Shown here piece after piece: positions 13,501 through 25,765 of a stretch of 64,000 bases of DNA. A program made the position numbers and the translations under genes. Source of the stretch: Tubiluchus corallicola (taxonomy: Eukaryota; Animalia; Priapulida); the NCBI GenBank assembly GCA_030141605.1, contig JAQGDQ010000139.1, forward strand, positions 124,001-188,000, in the 5' to 3' direction. The notes under the pieces were generated by a model. That model made no database searches, was not told the DNA's origin, and was given only the letters and a program-made list of their open reading frames with translations. Position 1 is the stretch's first letter, and every line of letters begins with the position of its first letter.

Positions 13501-16500
13501 CTTGTTGTCCATAATATTATCAAGGTTTTTTCTTCAGAGATGTATTCAGTTGATCTGAAACTATTATGTGTCATGACAGATTGTGAGTCATTTGATTGCA
13601 AACTTTCACGACTTTATGTTTGTTGTGGTTAAAATTCATTTCTCAAATTCTGCACAAATTAACATCAAGAAGAATAAATCATCTTTTTTGTTTTACTCAT
13701 TTTTGTGAAACGGTAGGCTCAAACCGTTTATTTAAAGTAATAATTTGAAATATCAGTGTAATTTAAATTATCAATTAAATATAAGTGATGCATTCAATCT
13801 GACAAAATATCATCTGAGCCATTTGGATGAGCATTATTAAATTTTATTTTTAGAGCTAATCTTTTTGAGGTTAAGTAGCCCAACTTTTTAGGCAATCCAA
13901 ACATTTTGTGAAGGTATGCCATTTTTATTTTGCCTCTCTTCATATGAGGTATTTAGGCAGGTGATCCATGTCATTAACATCTTCGTCAAACCCTATTTTT
14001 TTTAAGTGTGTTGCACAGGCTGGTGAGCCATTTACCACCTACCCTCTTGTTCAGTGAATGGGTTAAAAAAGTCACCGTAAAACAATACCTACATTAGGCT
14101 ACACACTGACCTGGTCGAGCAAGTTTTCATGATGGCAACTCAGCGGACAAGCACCTAGTAATGTTGAAATAAAGGCAGAATTTTTTATAAAATGAAAATT
14201 ACACAGTTGTCAAAATTCTCAATATAAAGTTAAAAGATGAGCAAAGTTACCAATGCAGTGTTTGGTCTGACCATATATGTACCGCACTGGTCCTCCCCAT
14301 AAACTTAGTGCATGCGTAGTATGACGCCCAGTCAACAGTGGTATATGCGCTAATGAAGTAAACGGCACCTTATAATGCTTTGTCAAAATCCCAGTTTGAT
14401 TCTCTTATTATGTTTGACAAGCAGGACGGCCAACTAACCCGAGGCTTCAAAGTTACATTACTGTCGAGTATGGTTGTTGCATTCACTGCATCACTGCATT
14501 TTTATTAAGAAAGGGTACCATACTACAATTAGCTAATATAAAATAGGAAGGAATAGTTGTAAGAAGCTAGATATTAATAGGAAAGAAAAAGCATTAGAAA
14601 CCAGACTGGAAACTTTAAAATGTTTAAAATTGATCAAAATATAAAATTCTGTTGTAAAAACTAGTGACTGAGTTACATGTAATTTTATTTTCAGAAAATG
14701 TGCAGTATCCGTTAACTATGTTTTGCTTATTTTCCAGTATGTTGAACACTTGCAGGAGCAGTTAACCCTACTAAAGAAATTGAAGACAGACAAGTATGCA
14801 ATTTTTTATCAACTTCTAACCTTTTGTTGTATACAAGACTTATAAGTAACCAGTAGCTTTAGTTTTTGTGCAATTGTAAAATTGGACTATGCTTTAAACA
14901 TCTTTTAATGGTGCAGTTCATACTGTAGATGATGCAACTTCTCATAATACTGTGTATCTCTACTACAGATAATGCATACTATTCTAATAGTACTTCTATC
15001 CTTCTAACTCTTTTAAGTCAAGCATTTTTAGTTTCAGTGCTTAGAATTATGCATCATTTGTTTACTAAATAAGTTGTTTACTATTTATTGAAATTTTATT
15101 TGAATAGCCACACATTTTACATAAAATTGTAGACTTTGTGACTGATTCTTATTGTACCATTATTTCTGATTTTTATTTTTATTATTTTTTGCTTTACAGT
15201 TCTTTAAATTGCTCAGTTATCTTGTAGAACTTCTTTACAGAAGGTTGAATGATGAAGTTTTTGCAGAGTACCAAAAACGAGTAGACTTCTTAAAAGGCAT
15301 AGTCAAAACGGAAAAACTGGTAAGTATATCTGAAAATAAAGTTTTGCATATTTCTGTAATCATAATCATGATCTTTTTTATTTATCTTGCAACACACGCA
15401 CAGTTTCAAAACAATTAATTTGGAAAAAATGTGAAGAAAGGGCAGCGAAAGACCAATTGGTCATCTAGTCAGCTGCACTTTGGTTAGTGATGAACATTTT
15501 TATAAGCGTTGTCCTATAGTGTATTAGTGTTAGTACTGCTTATAATAAAGATTTAATTATTACAAATGACATTAAATTGATATGCTTATAACATGTTAAT
15601 ACAATTCATACACAGTAATAATAAGTGCATAATAAAAAAATCAAACAAGAACTGAAAATAAAAATCTGACAATGGAAACATAAGAACAATGGCAACTGAA
15701 ATATACTTCATGACACAAGCATAATTGTTTGACAGTCAAAAAATAAATTATCATGTAAATAATAGAACTGAGAATCAGGTTTATCTGTATATTGGTATCT
15801 TGAAGTATATTAAATTGGGCATTAATTTTCTGTAATTTCTGCTATCTATAAATATGTGTTACCAGGCAGCATGTGCTATTTGTACGCAGAATCTTTGCAT
15901 AAGCTTATTGATCTCTACTACTATTCATGAAGAGCTGCTACTTGCACACTGTTGGTAGTCATGGCTTTTCCATAACATTTACCGTTTGTGAAGGCCAGCT
16001 ATGAATTATCTGCTGGTGATTCACTTTGGTGATCTCTCAAGCCACATTTCCCTACTTTTCTTTTGAGCTTTTTTGTCCGGTTGCATAATATTTTATGTAC
16101 GATATGTCGTTATTTGCGGTTACCAGTTGTGTTATTACTGGGGGGTGGAGCTAAAATAGTTATTCGTAAATTAAGAGGCTTATTCTTTCTATTTTGTTTG
16201 CAGTTTTACCCTAATCCACTTAGTATAACCATGAATTTACTATAGTATGAGGTATTATGTATAATACCTTTAAAGGGTTCTTCAATTTTCTTACTTCCTT
16301 TAATGCAGTCAAGTACTTGTTTGCAAAAATGTTCTGAATTTCATGAGTAACTAGGAAACGTGTTTATGGGCTCAGAATTAGGCTTTCTTAGGTGAGCTGA
16401 TATCATCAATAATCACAATTTTTAAACAGGATATTTTAATTGTAAGACTTTCGCTGTATAATTATGTTCAGTTTTCAAAAACGTCTGAGATAAAATATAT

Positions 16501-19500
16501 AGTAGAAAGATAATAAATAACAATTTGTTTATGCTTTTTAGCTCTGCAACATTTTTTGGTAAATTAATTGGCAATTACTTTGTTTAGTCATCAACAACTG
16601 AAAAAGCTTTGGCAAACCAGCTTTTAATGCCAAGTCATGATGTTGAAGGGAAAAAGCTGACGTCCACTGAAGAGTTACATGTGCAGAAAACATCTCAATA
16701 TACACAGCAGATGAGAAATGAACTGTTGAACACGAGCAACAGTAAAGGTGAGTCTGTAGCTTACAGACATTAGGAATTGTAAACTGATTATTTAATTCAA
16801 TTTTATAATACCATGCACCAGACAGCACCAGAAATGTATCGATTGTAAATGAATAAGGGTTTTATTTCTGATCATCAATTTTAAGTCATATTTCGATTGT
16901 AACATCAGTACCATGTTCAGCTTATTTTTTTCGGAAAATTCATAAAGATTGTACGACAGATATGGCCGTCGCTGATTGTGACTTAGCATCCTGGCATTCC
17001 CCCTTAGGCGTTAATAGTAGTTTCTCGTAATAGTACAGGCCTGTTTTTTGGTTTCTGTTTTTGTCGCTAGTTAAGTCAATTTTGTGGTGCTGAATTCAAA
17101 AATGATAGCTGCCATTACTTCTTGCTTTTCTTCGGCTACCATTTTGGATTTTAAAATGGCCACCACTAACATTTAAAAGTTAAGCATGTTGCCAAGTTCC
17201 TCATAAGATTTTGAGCTAAGTTCAGTTTTCTTCTTGTATATAAGTAGGGTTGGGCTAGGTGTACATTAAATACTTTTAAAAAAGTGGGCATGACTAAGTC
17301 ACAAGGGGTCAGAATGTCCACACTGGTGCAAATGACTTTGTCACTCATTCCTCTTACAGTATTTTGCTAGTATCCCATGTTTTTGCATTTATGGGTAACC
17401 GTGTAGGTGCAGACGTGCATCTATTATATTGTATATGATTCCTATGAGATGTTTCAGCTAAAACATAAAATTGATAATTTGCCTAGTAATTGGCAAGGAA
17501 GTCATTGTTAGGACGGTAGTCATTGATGCTGTTTCTCATTTGAAAAGGGGATATTCTGAAATAACTTCGTCATTCAGTGCCAGTCATATCTTAAGAGCCT
17601 GCCGATATTTTGATCCGAGGTCAAAGGTCACTTGCTTCAATCCCTACCTCAAGTGTCTCACCCTGCAAAATTATTCACTGCCGTACCAAAGGAACAAAGA
17701 GTGAAAAAATGCTTGATTTCCAAAAACATTCTGCAAGTATTGCAGAATCTTAATAATCAGTAAAACCGTGGGTAAATCAAGAAGGTTCTGATTTGAAGAA
17801 AAAATTCTGAACAGTAACATTTTTAGTCTGCTTTTGTTGTATAATTTTTTCTTCTTTATATGCAGATGGAGATGGTCTGCGACATCGAGCAGAAGCTGTC
17901 CGATCAGCAAAAGATCTCGATGCTGAGCTGCAACATCACGAAACTGTTCATGAACAGCTAACTGGAGAAATGTTAGTTTTAACACAAACATTGAAAGAAA
18001 ATACAATTATGGCCAGCAACATAATTAGAGAAGATAACAAGGTGAATGTTGATAGTGTGAAAATACCTTTTCAGAGTTCCAACTATTGATAATGATTGTG
18101 AAAAGGTCAAGGGTTAGACCAAGGATAATGTTATTGTACCCGACAACATTACCAATGGGTTTGTGTACATGGAGGAGAACACTATACATTTATTTCATTG
18201 TGGTTAAAGAACCATTCATTTATGCCAACTGCTCATTGCTAGATGGTTTCAGAGAAGAGCTATCTGCTAAGAGGCAGAGATTATTCAATGCATAAACTGG
18301 AATGATTTAACCTGGTAAAATTAAAATAAGCTGCATTTAAAATTTGGACGTCAGCATAATTTTAGCTATAATCAGATGGGTCAGGGGTGCATTTTATTTT
18401 AGTAAGTTGCATAATGTTGAAATGTAGTAAATTAAACAACGCATGGCTTTTAGGGTGTGGCTTCACAAAATGCCCCTTGCCCAACTACTGCCCCACTCTC
18501 TATAACCACTGATGTAGTCTTGTTATGTAACAATGTCGAGAGTTTTATACTGTACAAATAAAAACTTTCAATAAACTAGGAAGAAAACTAGACTAGCAAA
18601 AATAAACAGATCTCAATAATATGCTTTTGGGCTATTCTGAGATGTGACACTTTTTAGGGCAGCACACCATCATGGGCCATTCAAAGTTTGTTTTCTACTA
18701 CAATGCAGATGATTACATTGGTCAATAGCATATTACTAAATAAAGAAGAACATTTAATACCTCCATGGTAACAATGTATAGCCTTTTCCTTGCCATACAA
18801 AAATTTGTCCTAATATGGCTTCTGGGGCATGGTACCAGAAATAAACTACCTAGAGATAATCGTAAGAAGCAAAAAATTGCAAATAGAATTTGTCGCCCCA
18901 GATGATACTGATATCCGCTCTGGCACATGGACTACAGTCGAACCTCGTTATAACCCCCCCCCCCTGTTATAACGCCTCACCATAACGCCAACTTTTGCCC
19001 TGTCTCAATTTCCACGATATATTAAATATATGAAATACTGCCATCTGCCAATGTGTCTGCCATGCCAAAAATCTATTGTACATAATAAATTTACCCCTTA
19101 ATATCATCAGCCAAAATAAAGTACAATGAATTGCAGTTGAAAGACAACCATTGTATTGTAGAAAAACAGTCTTTTGTAAAAACAATGACCTTTGAACAGA
19201 AGAACAATTGTGGTGTTTAAATTAAGGTTTAGATCTTGTTGCAGATGACTGTGAATGTTGAGGTATTGAACAAGGAACATGCATTTTAAGAGTGCAAGAG
19301 TTGCGTAGCTAAGTTTCAGTACTGAACCGATGTGAATTTAACGGCTGTAAAAGCTCAAGGTCAAGTTATATGCAGTAGCTATTTAAAGTCTTAATTGTCA
19401 AGTAATGTTACGTTGGGAGCGTGGGTGAGTCGCGCGACTGCACATTTCTCTTATCAGTAGTAACCAATATTTCATAAGATTGCTTCTCCACGTCGTGTTA

Positions 19501-22412
19501 CGTATAAGTTTTACACTATACCACCGTAGAACTACACCTGCATTGTTAATACAGCAAAAATATACAGTATATTACACGTGCATTGTTTTAGGTATAATAA
19601 CGAACATTATACTATTTATCACATATGAAAATTAACTAGGAATCACTAAAAACTAGGAGGCTACACAGCAGAATGGCTTTCATATATAATGAACCTTGTC
19701 TTACCGCCAACCCCGCTATAATGCCATACTTAGTGGTGTCCCAGACCTGGCGTTATAATGAGGTTTGACTATATTATATTGTTCTGTGCCATTTAATTCT
19801 GTGTTGATTGATGATCGTGCTTACTTAGCAGTTGTTTTAATTTATAAAGTACAAAAATTAAAATTAGTGCCTTTGTGTTTTCATATCAGTTCTCGTAACT
19901 GGAGAAGTGCATGTTTTGTTTTTTTATTTGCACCTTAATGTTTCTAGTGATTGTAACTAGTGCTGTGTCATTGCTTAACATTTCTTCTTGATGCCTTATA
20001 CATGTTTCGCTCTTTGTAGGGCTTCCTCAGGGACTGTAATGATAACAAACATTACATTAGTCATTACCAAACAGAAGTCATAGAAAATTCCTATAATTAT
20101 CACAGAAAAATTATTCCAGAAGTTGACTTAATGGCACTACATTTCACATTACAAGGAAAAAAGTAGAATCTGAAATTGATCTCCTTTTAACCTATAACCT
20201 TATCATTGCAAGTATTGCACCCTGGCTTGAGATGTATACCCTTTTCAACCCTATTTTGTGCCTATGTGTTGGAAAGAAGGCATCAGCTCACATGCATATC
20301 ACTTTAAAAGGTACGCTGACAGCCTGGTAGACACTTGCTGTCAAAATTCACTATTGACTAGCCTGATACAAAAAAGTGGCTTATTTTTTTACAAACTTGC
20401 ATGTTTTACTTTGGTTAGCATTGAAACACTTCAAATTTAGCGCCACACAGGCATCTTGCAAAAAACGAAAAATCAGTGAAGAAAGCGAAAGTGACATCCG
20501 GTTGGGAACGACACTCAGAATCAAGAGATACGCCGGTAATGAAGAGACTAGGGTGCCCCAATTTTGGTATTTTAGTGTTAAGCTCAAATTATAGGGTTGT
20601 CCACACTTACTTGAATGCACTATATTTTATAGTTGAAAACATATTAATAACGAAGTACAATGTGTAAAAGTTTTAGCGTGACATCACTGGTATTTTGCGC
20701 TGGGCTGCTTTCTTGTTCATTTTTTGATCACTTCTGCTTTATAAATGTCTCACTGCCAAGTTATCTTTTGCCTGATTTGTACAATGCCCGTTCATACAAT
20801 GTTTCTGACAAACAGTGATCATTTTTACGTTTTTCAGCATATAAAATTGTAAAAATAACAGTGGATCCTCAAGTACGATCAAAGGGAAAAGAACTAGACA
20901 ATAAGGCAGTAATTACAGATTTTGTTCCCTGGGCTTTACCGACGTTTTGAGCCTGTTTGACTTAATGTGAGGTTCAAAAGTAAAAGAAAATGGAAAACTA
21001 AGAAGAAATGCCTTTCAGACTACATTCTTTTTAACTCATTAAAAGAGTGCTCCCTACATTTTTAGACACTTGTGAAAACCTTTTGTGGCATTTTTTTGAA
21101 TGTACAAATGAGGTTTCAGAGAAAAAGGCTTTAATTACTTAATTAAAAAATATTCTCATATTCTACAGTTTGACTGATGGTCGGCGTGCATATAAGTTTG
21201 TTGCAGTTGAGCACGTTTATTCTACGTGTAACTGCCCAAACTTTATTTTTCACTATGCCTAGCAGGATAGATGAGTGATTCTATTTGTGGTGAAAGGAAA
21301 GGATGTTCTATCCTCACTGTGGTCGCATTTTGTGCCTTTTTACATTGATGAAACATATAAAAAATCAGGAGAAATATTTCAAAATGTGAAGAAAGGGAGG
21401 TTGTCATTAAAACCGGGAATTTCTGTTAAATTGGTAGGGTTGAAATGTCTTATTGCTAACCTAGACTACATATAGTTTTTATGAAATTTAGTTACAAAAT
21501 TAACTATTACCTTACTTACACTTACTGTGCATCTAACCCGAAATAGTGGCTAGCAACTTGCTTGCAGCTTGATCTAATTTGCAGGAGTACCCGGCACACC
21601 TATTGTTCATACAGTCTACGCTCAGTTTAATTAATGGTACAGTGACATCATAATGCTCTGTATACTGTGTTTGTTACTATAAATTTGCTGTTCCTTGCAG
21701 GTTTGTAAAATGAAAACTGATTCTTATAAGTTTATTCGCTATAATTAGACTAATACTATAGTAAGAAACGTTTTTATTAATAGATAAATCATTACTCAGC
21801 AAGAACCGTTCTGTTCGGTGTTCACAGTCTCGGCTTGCTGGGGCCACTGGCTGTCTACTGTACTGCGGCTGTTAATTGCCTCTTCTTAACGTGACGTCAC
21901 AGCACTGAGTGTCATGGCAGGTGATAATATTTAAGACAATACCAACGGTGCTTAATTTAAGTTACCATATCACATACAAGTATGCATCAAAACTGTTTTA
22001 AAAATTAGGAAATATATAATTCCGCCTATGCTATAAAAGAGAATGACGTAAAATAATAGTGTCATAGCACCTTTAAAAGGAAGCTGTATCGCTGAGCAAT
22101 GTCACAGCACTGTTAAAACACATGCAGAATGTCAACAAATGTTACTGTTTTTGTGACATTTCTGTTGCTTTTCAGAATTTTTCCTTGTTATTATAACTGT
22201 GCTTCACAATTGACTAATGATTACAGGTACTTGCTGATTCTCTACGTTCTGCGGACATAAACACAGAAAAGCTACGGGCGGCCAAAGAGGTGTTGTCATA
22301 TCATGTTAATAAGAGCTGTAGCTGGTGGATTTGGATAATGATAGCTGTTGTTTGCATCACTTTTGTTTGGATGATCATCTTCATGAAGTTGAATCCAAAG
22401 CCAAGAAGTTGA
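10412..22412 (+). CDS. USE1: Vesicle transport protein USE1 (ER Qc-SNARE), complete 6-exon gene
   Basis: Exons 10412-10519 (or its copy 10727-10834), 14738-14793, 15241-15319, 16588-16747, 17866-18041, 22227-22412; all GT-AG and phase-consistent. Motifs SRVEINFRRLL..KWRMEKYV, EYQKRVDFLKG, EKALANQLL, MRNELL, a SNARE coil and C-terminal TM WWIWIMIAVVCITFVWMIIF match remembered USE1. Confidence 0.93.
10727..10834 (+). CDS. USE1: USE1 coding exon 1, copy B (duplicate)
   Basis: 108 nt identical to copy A; donor AAG|GTTTAC. Confidence 0.7.
12030..12480 (-). mobile_element. CR1-type LINE 3' fragment
   Basis: Minus-strand NLYTSTVRSVLDYADVIWNPW and a downstream SVVNALN remnant. Confidence 0.7.
14738..14793 (+). 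CDS. USE1: USE1 exon 2
   Basis: TTTCCAG|YVEHLQEQLTLLKKLKTD|GTATG. Confidence 0.85.
15241..15319 (+). CDS. USE1: USE1 exon 3
   Basis: RLNDEVFAEYQKRVDFLKGIVKTEKL|GTAAG; CAGAAG tandem acceptor. Confidence 0.9.
16588..16747 (+). CDS. USE1: USE1 exon 4
   Basis: SSTTEKALANQLL...QYTQQMRNELLNTSNSK|GTGAG. Confidence 0.9.
17866..18041 (+). CDS. USE1: USE1 exon 5
   Basis: GDGLRHR...DLDAELQHHETVHEQLTGEMLVLTQTLKENTIMASNIIREDNK|GTGAA. Confidence 0.9.
18935..19771. mobile_element. Tc1/mariner-pogo-type MITE
   Basis: TIRs CAGTCGAACCTCGTTATAAC / GTTATAATGAGGTTTGACTA, flanked by TA on both sides; no ORF. Confidence 0.8.
21635..22072. mobile_element. Possible Kolobok-like non-autonomous DNA element
   Basis: TTAA on both flanks; imperfect TIRs TGGTACAGTGACA / TGTCATAGCACCT. 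Confidence 0.35.
22227..22412 (+). CDS. USE1: USE1 last exon (end of SNARE motif plus tail anchor)
   Basis: VLADSLRSADINTEKL...SCSWWIWIMIAVVCITFVWMIIFMKLNPKPRS*; AATAAA at 22834. Confidence 0.92.
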   Translation, partial: VLADSLRSADINTEKLRAAKEVLSYHVNKSCSWWIWIMIAVVCITFVWMIIFMKLNPKPRS

Positions 22413-25400
22413 TGCTTTTTGTCTTCTCCATTTTGGGTGATATTGTACAGGCATAGTTATATTTGTAGTATTATTGTGCAGCCTTTCAGTAATTGTTGGT
22501 GTGGATTGCTATGTTTAGCAGTGCGATGCAGTAACTGTTGACAAACTTGTACTTCTAATAACTGTGATCGTACTCGCTGTGCTCTAGTTGTTGTGTCAGA
22601 CTCGGGGCAAATAACAATGGAACTGTATAATTGGTGGCACTAAAAATATTGGATGAAATTTACATGCAGTCTATGAATATAAAGAAATGATTAAGCCTTA
22701 ATTCTGAGATGTCAGTATTTCTGTAGTGTTTTTTGCCTTTATTTTATTGTGTGGGCCACTTTGGAAATAACTAATAGTTTTATAATTGTTGGTTAAAGTT
22801 TTATCCAAGAATCTATCTAAGTTTTATCCGTTAAATAAAGAATTAACAATAATAATAAGTATATACAAAAATTTGGTGAACTATAACTGTGATAGTTTTG
22901 CATGAACATTAGGTAAGCTGCAGAAGTTTGCTAATGGTACAAGTAGTTTTTCAGTATAATTATGTAATATGAAATCTAATTGTAATATGTCACCTAGTCA
23001 AATATTCAGAAATCTTATAATTTTTGATTATTGTAAATGTACAATATAAAAGTTAAGACACTTATATAAAATTCCATGTCTAGCTTCTTAAAAAATATAA
23101 CAAATTTATTCTGTTGAAGACTATTGACAAGTAAAAAAGTAGCATTAACAAAATTGTCTTTTAATAAAAAAATTCCACAATAAAAATTTTTTTATTAATT
23201 CAATAATATTTATTCTTGTCATAAAGAATTATCTCCTTTTTAGTATTGCCTTTGTCCAAGCAAGTCTACTAAGCACAAGGTATGTAAGTCAGAAGAATGC
23301 TTCTTTTTATAAGCTAAATGATAAATGCAAACTGAAGAGCTGAAGTTATTAATTTTTTGTAAAATTTATTCAGGATAATCTATTCTTTGTTAAATTGCAT
23401 TAATCACGCAGAACTTTAAACCTGCACCTTAATAATTAGATTTAGTTCTAGGACTTGCTCAGTGGTTCCTTACGGCTGCTTAGTAGCAATACAACAAAGA
23501 CACTCAGCAGCTATGTCTTACTGTCGCATTAATTAGCATAGTTTATTAACCATTTATAGTGTGTGTCGTCATTTTCAATGCTAAGTGAACAATATTTTCT
23601 TTTCTGTTTAGCATCTTTGTCACTGTTGTACATGGTGTCCTTTAAATTAATAGAAAATTTTTAACATTTTTGAGTGGAGTCTATGCTACAATATCTTGAA
23701 TTGGGCTCAAGAGTAGCTTGTCATCTTTAATGCCAATAAACATTGTTTGTGTCATAACTACTATAATTATTGAAGTTTTTGCTTTTTCTAAGTAGTCTTC
23801 TGTTTGGCTAACTTTGCATCCTAACCTTCAATACGATGTTACAGAAGTCACTGCTGTAAACATCGGAATCACTATAAAAATCACAGGACAAGTTGTTGTC
23901 CCCATGATTTTATGTGAATTTATCCTTTTTAAGTGAGGTATTTTGATGTGCAAATAATATAAAAAAAATCCTAAAGATGAGCTTTAGTATTTTTATATTT
24001 GCCTTACCTTCTCATTGTTTTAACTGTGAGTTTTTTAGTAATCAGTAGATGAATTATGGGTTGTTTGCTTGACAGACTTATTTTCTACTCCTTGCAAAAA
24101 GAGGTAAAGCTGCATACTAAGAAGAAAAAAGAATATCAAAAAAATAAAGCAACAGCAAATGTACAAATAAACAAGGAGCATCAACACATTAGCAACTAAG
24201 GAAGAATTTGAAATTAGATCATTGCACCTCTACAGAACAAAAGCAAAGTTTTACTACTAAATAAACCCTTCTAACTGACAAAAAAACAATGAACCTCGCA
24301 TGCATGCTAACATCCTCTTGACAGATTACAGTTAATTTTCTTTAATTTCAGATAGGAATGGCTGACCTGGCGACCGTTCAGGATCTGTATAGCAAACTTC
24401 AAGCCAATTTAAGAAATTAACTGAGACATTCTAATCTATAACAGTGGCATGCTGAACACAGCTGCAAGTCACGATTACATGCGTCTATAGAACTAGAACA
24501 GTATTTGCAAAAAAAAGCTTGACGCTTATACGTGCCAAATCCTACAGGCTAATTATGCTACAATAATGACAGGATAGATAAATTCAACACCATTTTGGGT
24601 CTTTCGACCCAAAGTCCCATTAGTTTAATGCGCTTTGTCGCGCAAACCTCGGGTTTTTGCTGGGTTGGGGTCGATCGACGAAATATTTATGTCAGCTAAC
24701 CAAAATAAACTTCATTATTTAATATAATAATAATATTTATTTTTCGCATTTAGCAATAATTTCTATAGTTGTTAGCTTCGCAAGTTAATATTGTTTTTCA
24801 TAGTTTAGTACTAACCTTTTCTTCTAATAACAATGCTTCCGTGATTCACGAACAGTGGAGGTTCAAAACGAAGGGGGCACACGCATGCACTAACCTATCA
24901 CGGGTTCGTCAGCCGTCAGGGTGTCCAGTCCGCCACTTGTCGCCTCCTCTAGCGACAATAGAACTAACTTTACAAAATGTGACTTTCATTTTCCATGCGG
25001 CGCACACATTTGTTTTTGCTTAGCGACATGCTGTCGCCGCACAGCTAAAAGCATGTTGCCTTCGCCGCCCTGGGCCGGATAACTGAAAAACATGTGAATA
25101 CACCTTTAGCCTGCCGATGTCATACGCCTGATGTCCCAATTGAAAGTTATTACAATTAAGCTACGCATTTTTGCGCTGTGGCGACATTTGCAATTTTTTC
25201 CATCTTATTCGTTTTACAGTTATTACTGATTTTTAATATTTTTTTGTAGTTGTAGGGCCTATCTTGGAGGATGGACAGCGCTCACAACTAGTCCCTGGTA
25301 TTCCCGAAATTAATACGATAAGTAACTTGCAGCGTGTAAGTGTCGAGAATACGCAGTGATTAAAGATAGGTTAATTTTACAAATTAATAAGTGAGGTGAT

Positions 25401-25711
25401 CCCTACAGGTATCTATATCTATATATATAGTTATTATTATCAATACAGGGAATCTGGGATATACGCCAACTGACATGTATTAAGTAATTAGCCTAGTGAG
25501 CGAGCTACATGCTCTAAAATATGTTACCGGTCGAACCGGTTTAGGTGAATGAACGATTCGGAGATGAATTTCAGTTCATATAGGTATTTCGGGAGGGTGT
25601 GCAGATAGTGTGGAGAACTTGTATGCATTTTTGTGGAGGAAGTGTTACTATCATACATGGGGTTTTAACTGGATATTATAGAGCTACGCCATTTTAGAGT
25701 GATTGTCTAAA

Positions 25712-25765
25712 ATGTTAATTCAGGAATTTTACCTGCTTGCTATAATAGCAGCAGTATATTCGCAG
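25712..25765 (+). CDS. uif: uif-like exon 1, signal peptide
   Basis: [18 protein letters not shown]|GTAAG; phase 0 fits the next exon. Confidence 0.7.

Noticed and set aside
13115-14066. piggyBac-like MITE ending GTGAATGGGTTAA
   Set aside because: The left terminus is too degraded to fix the boundaries.
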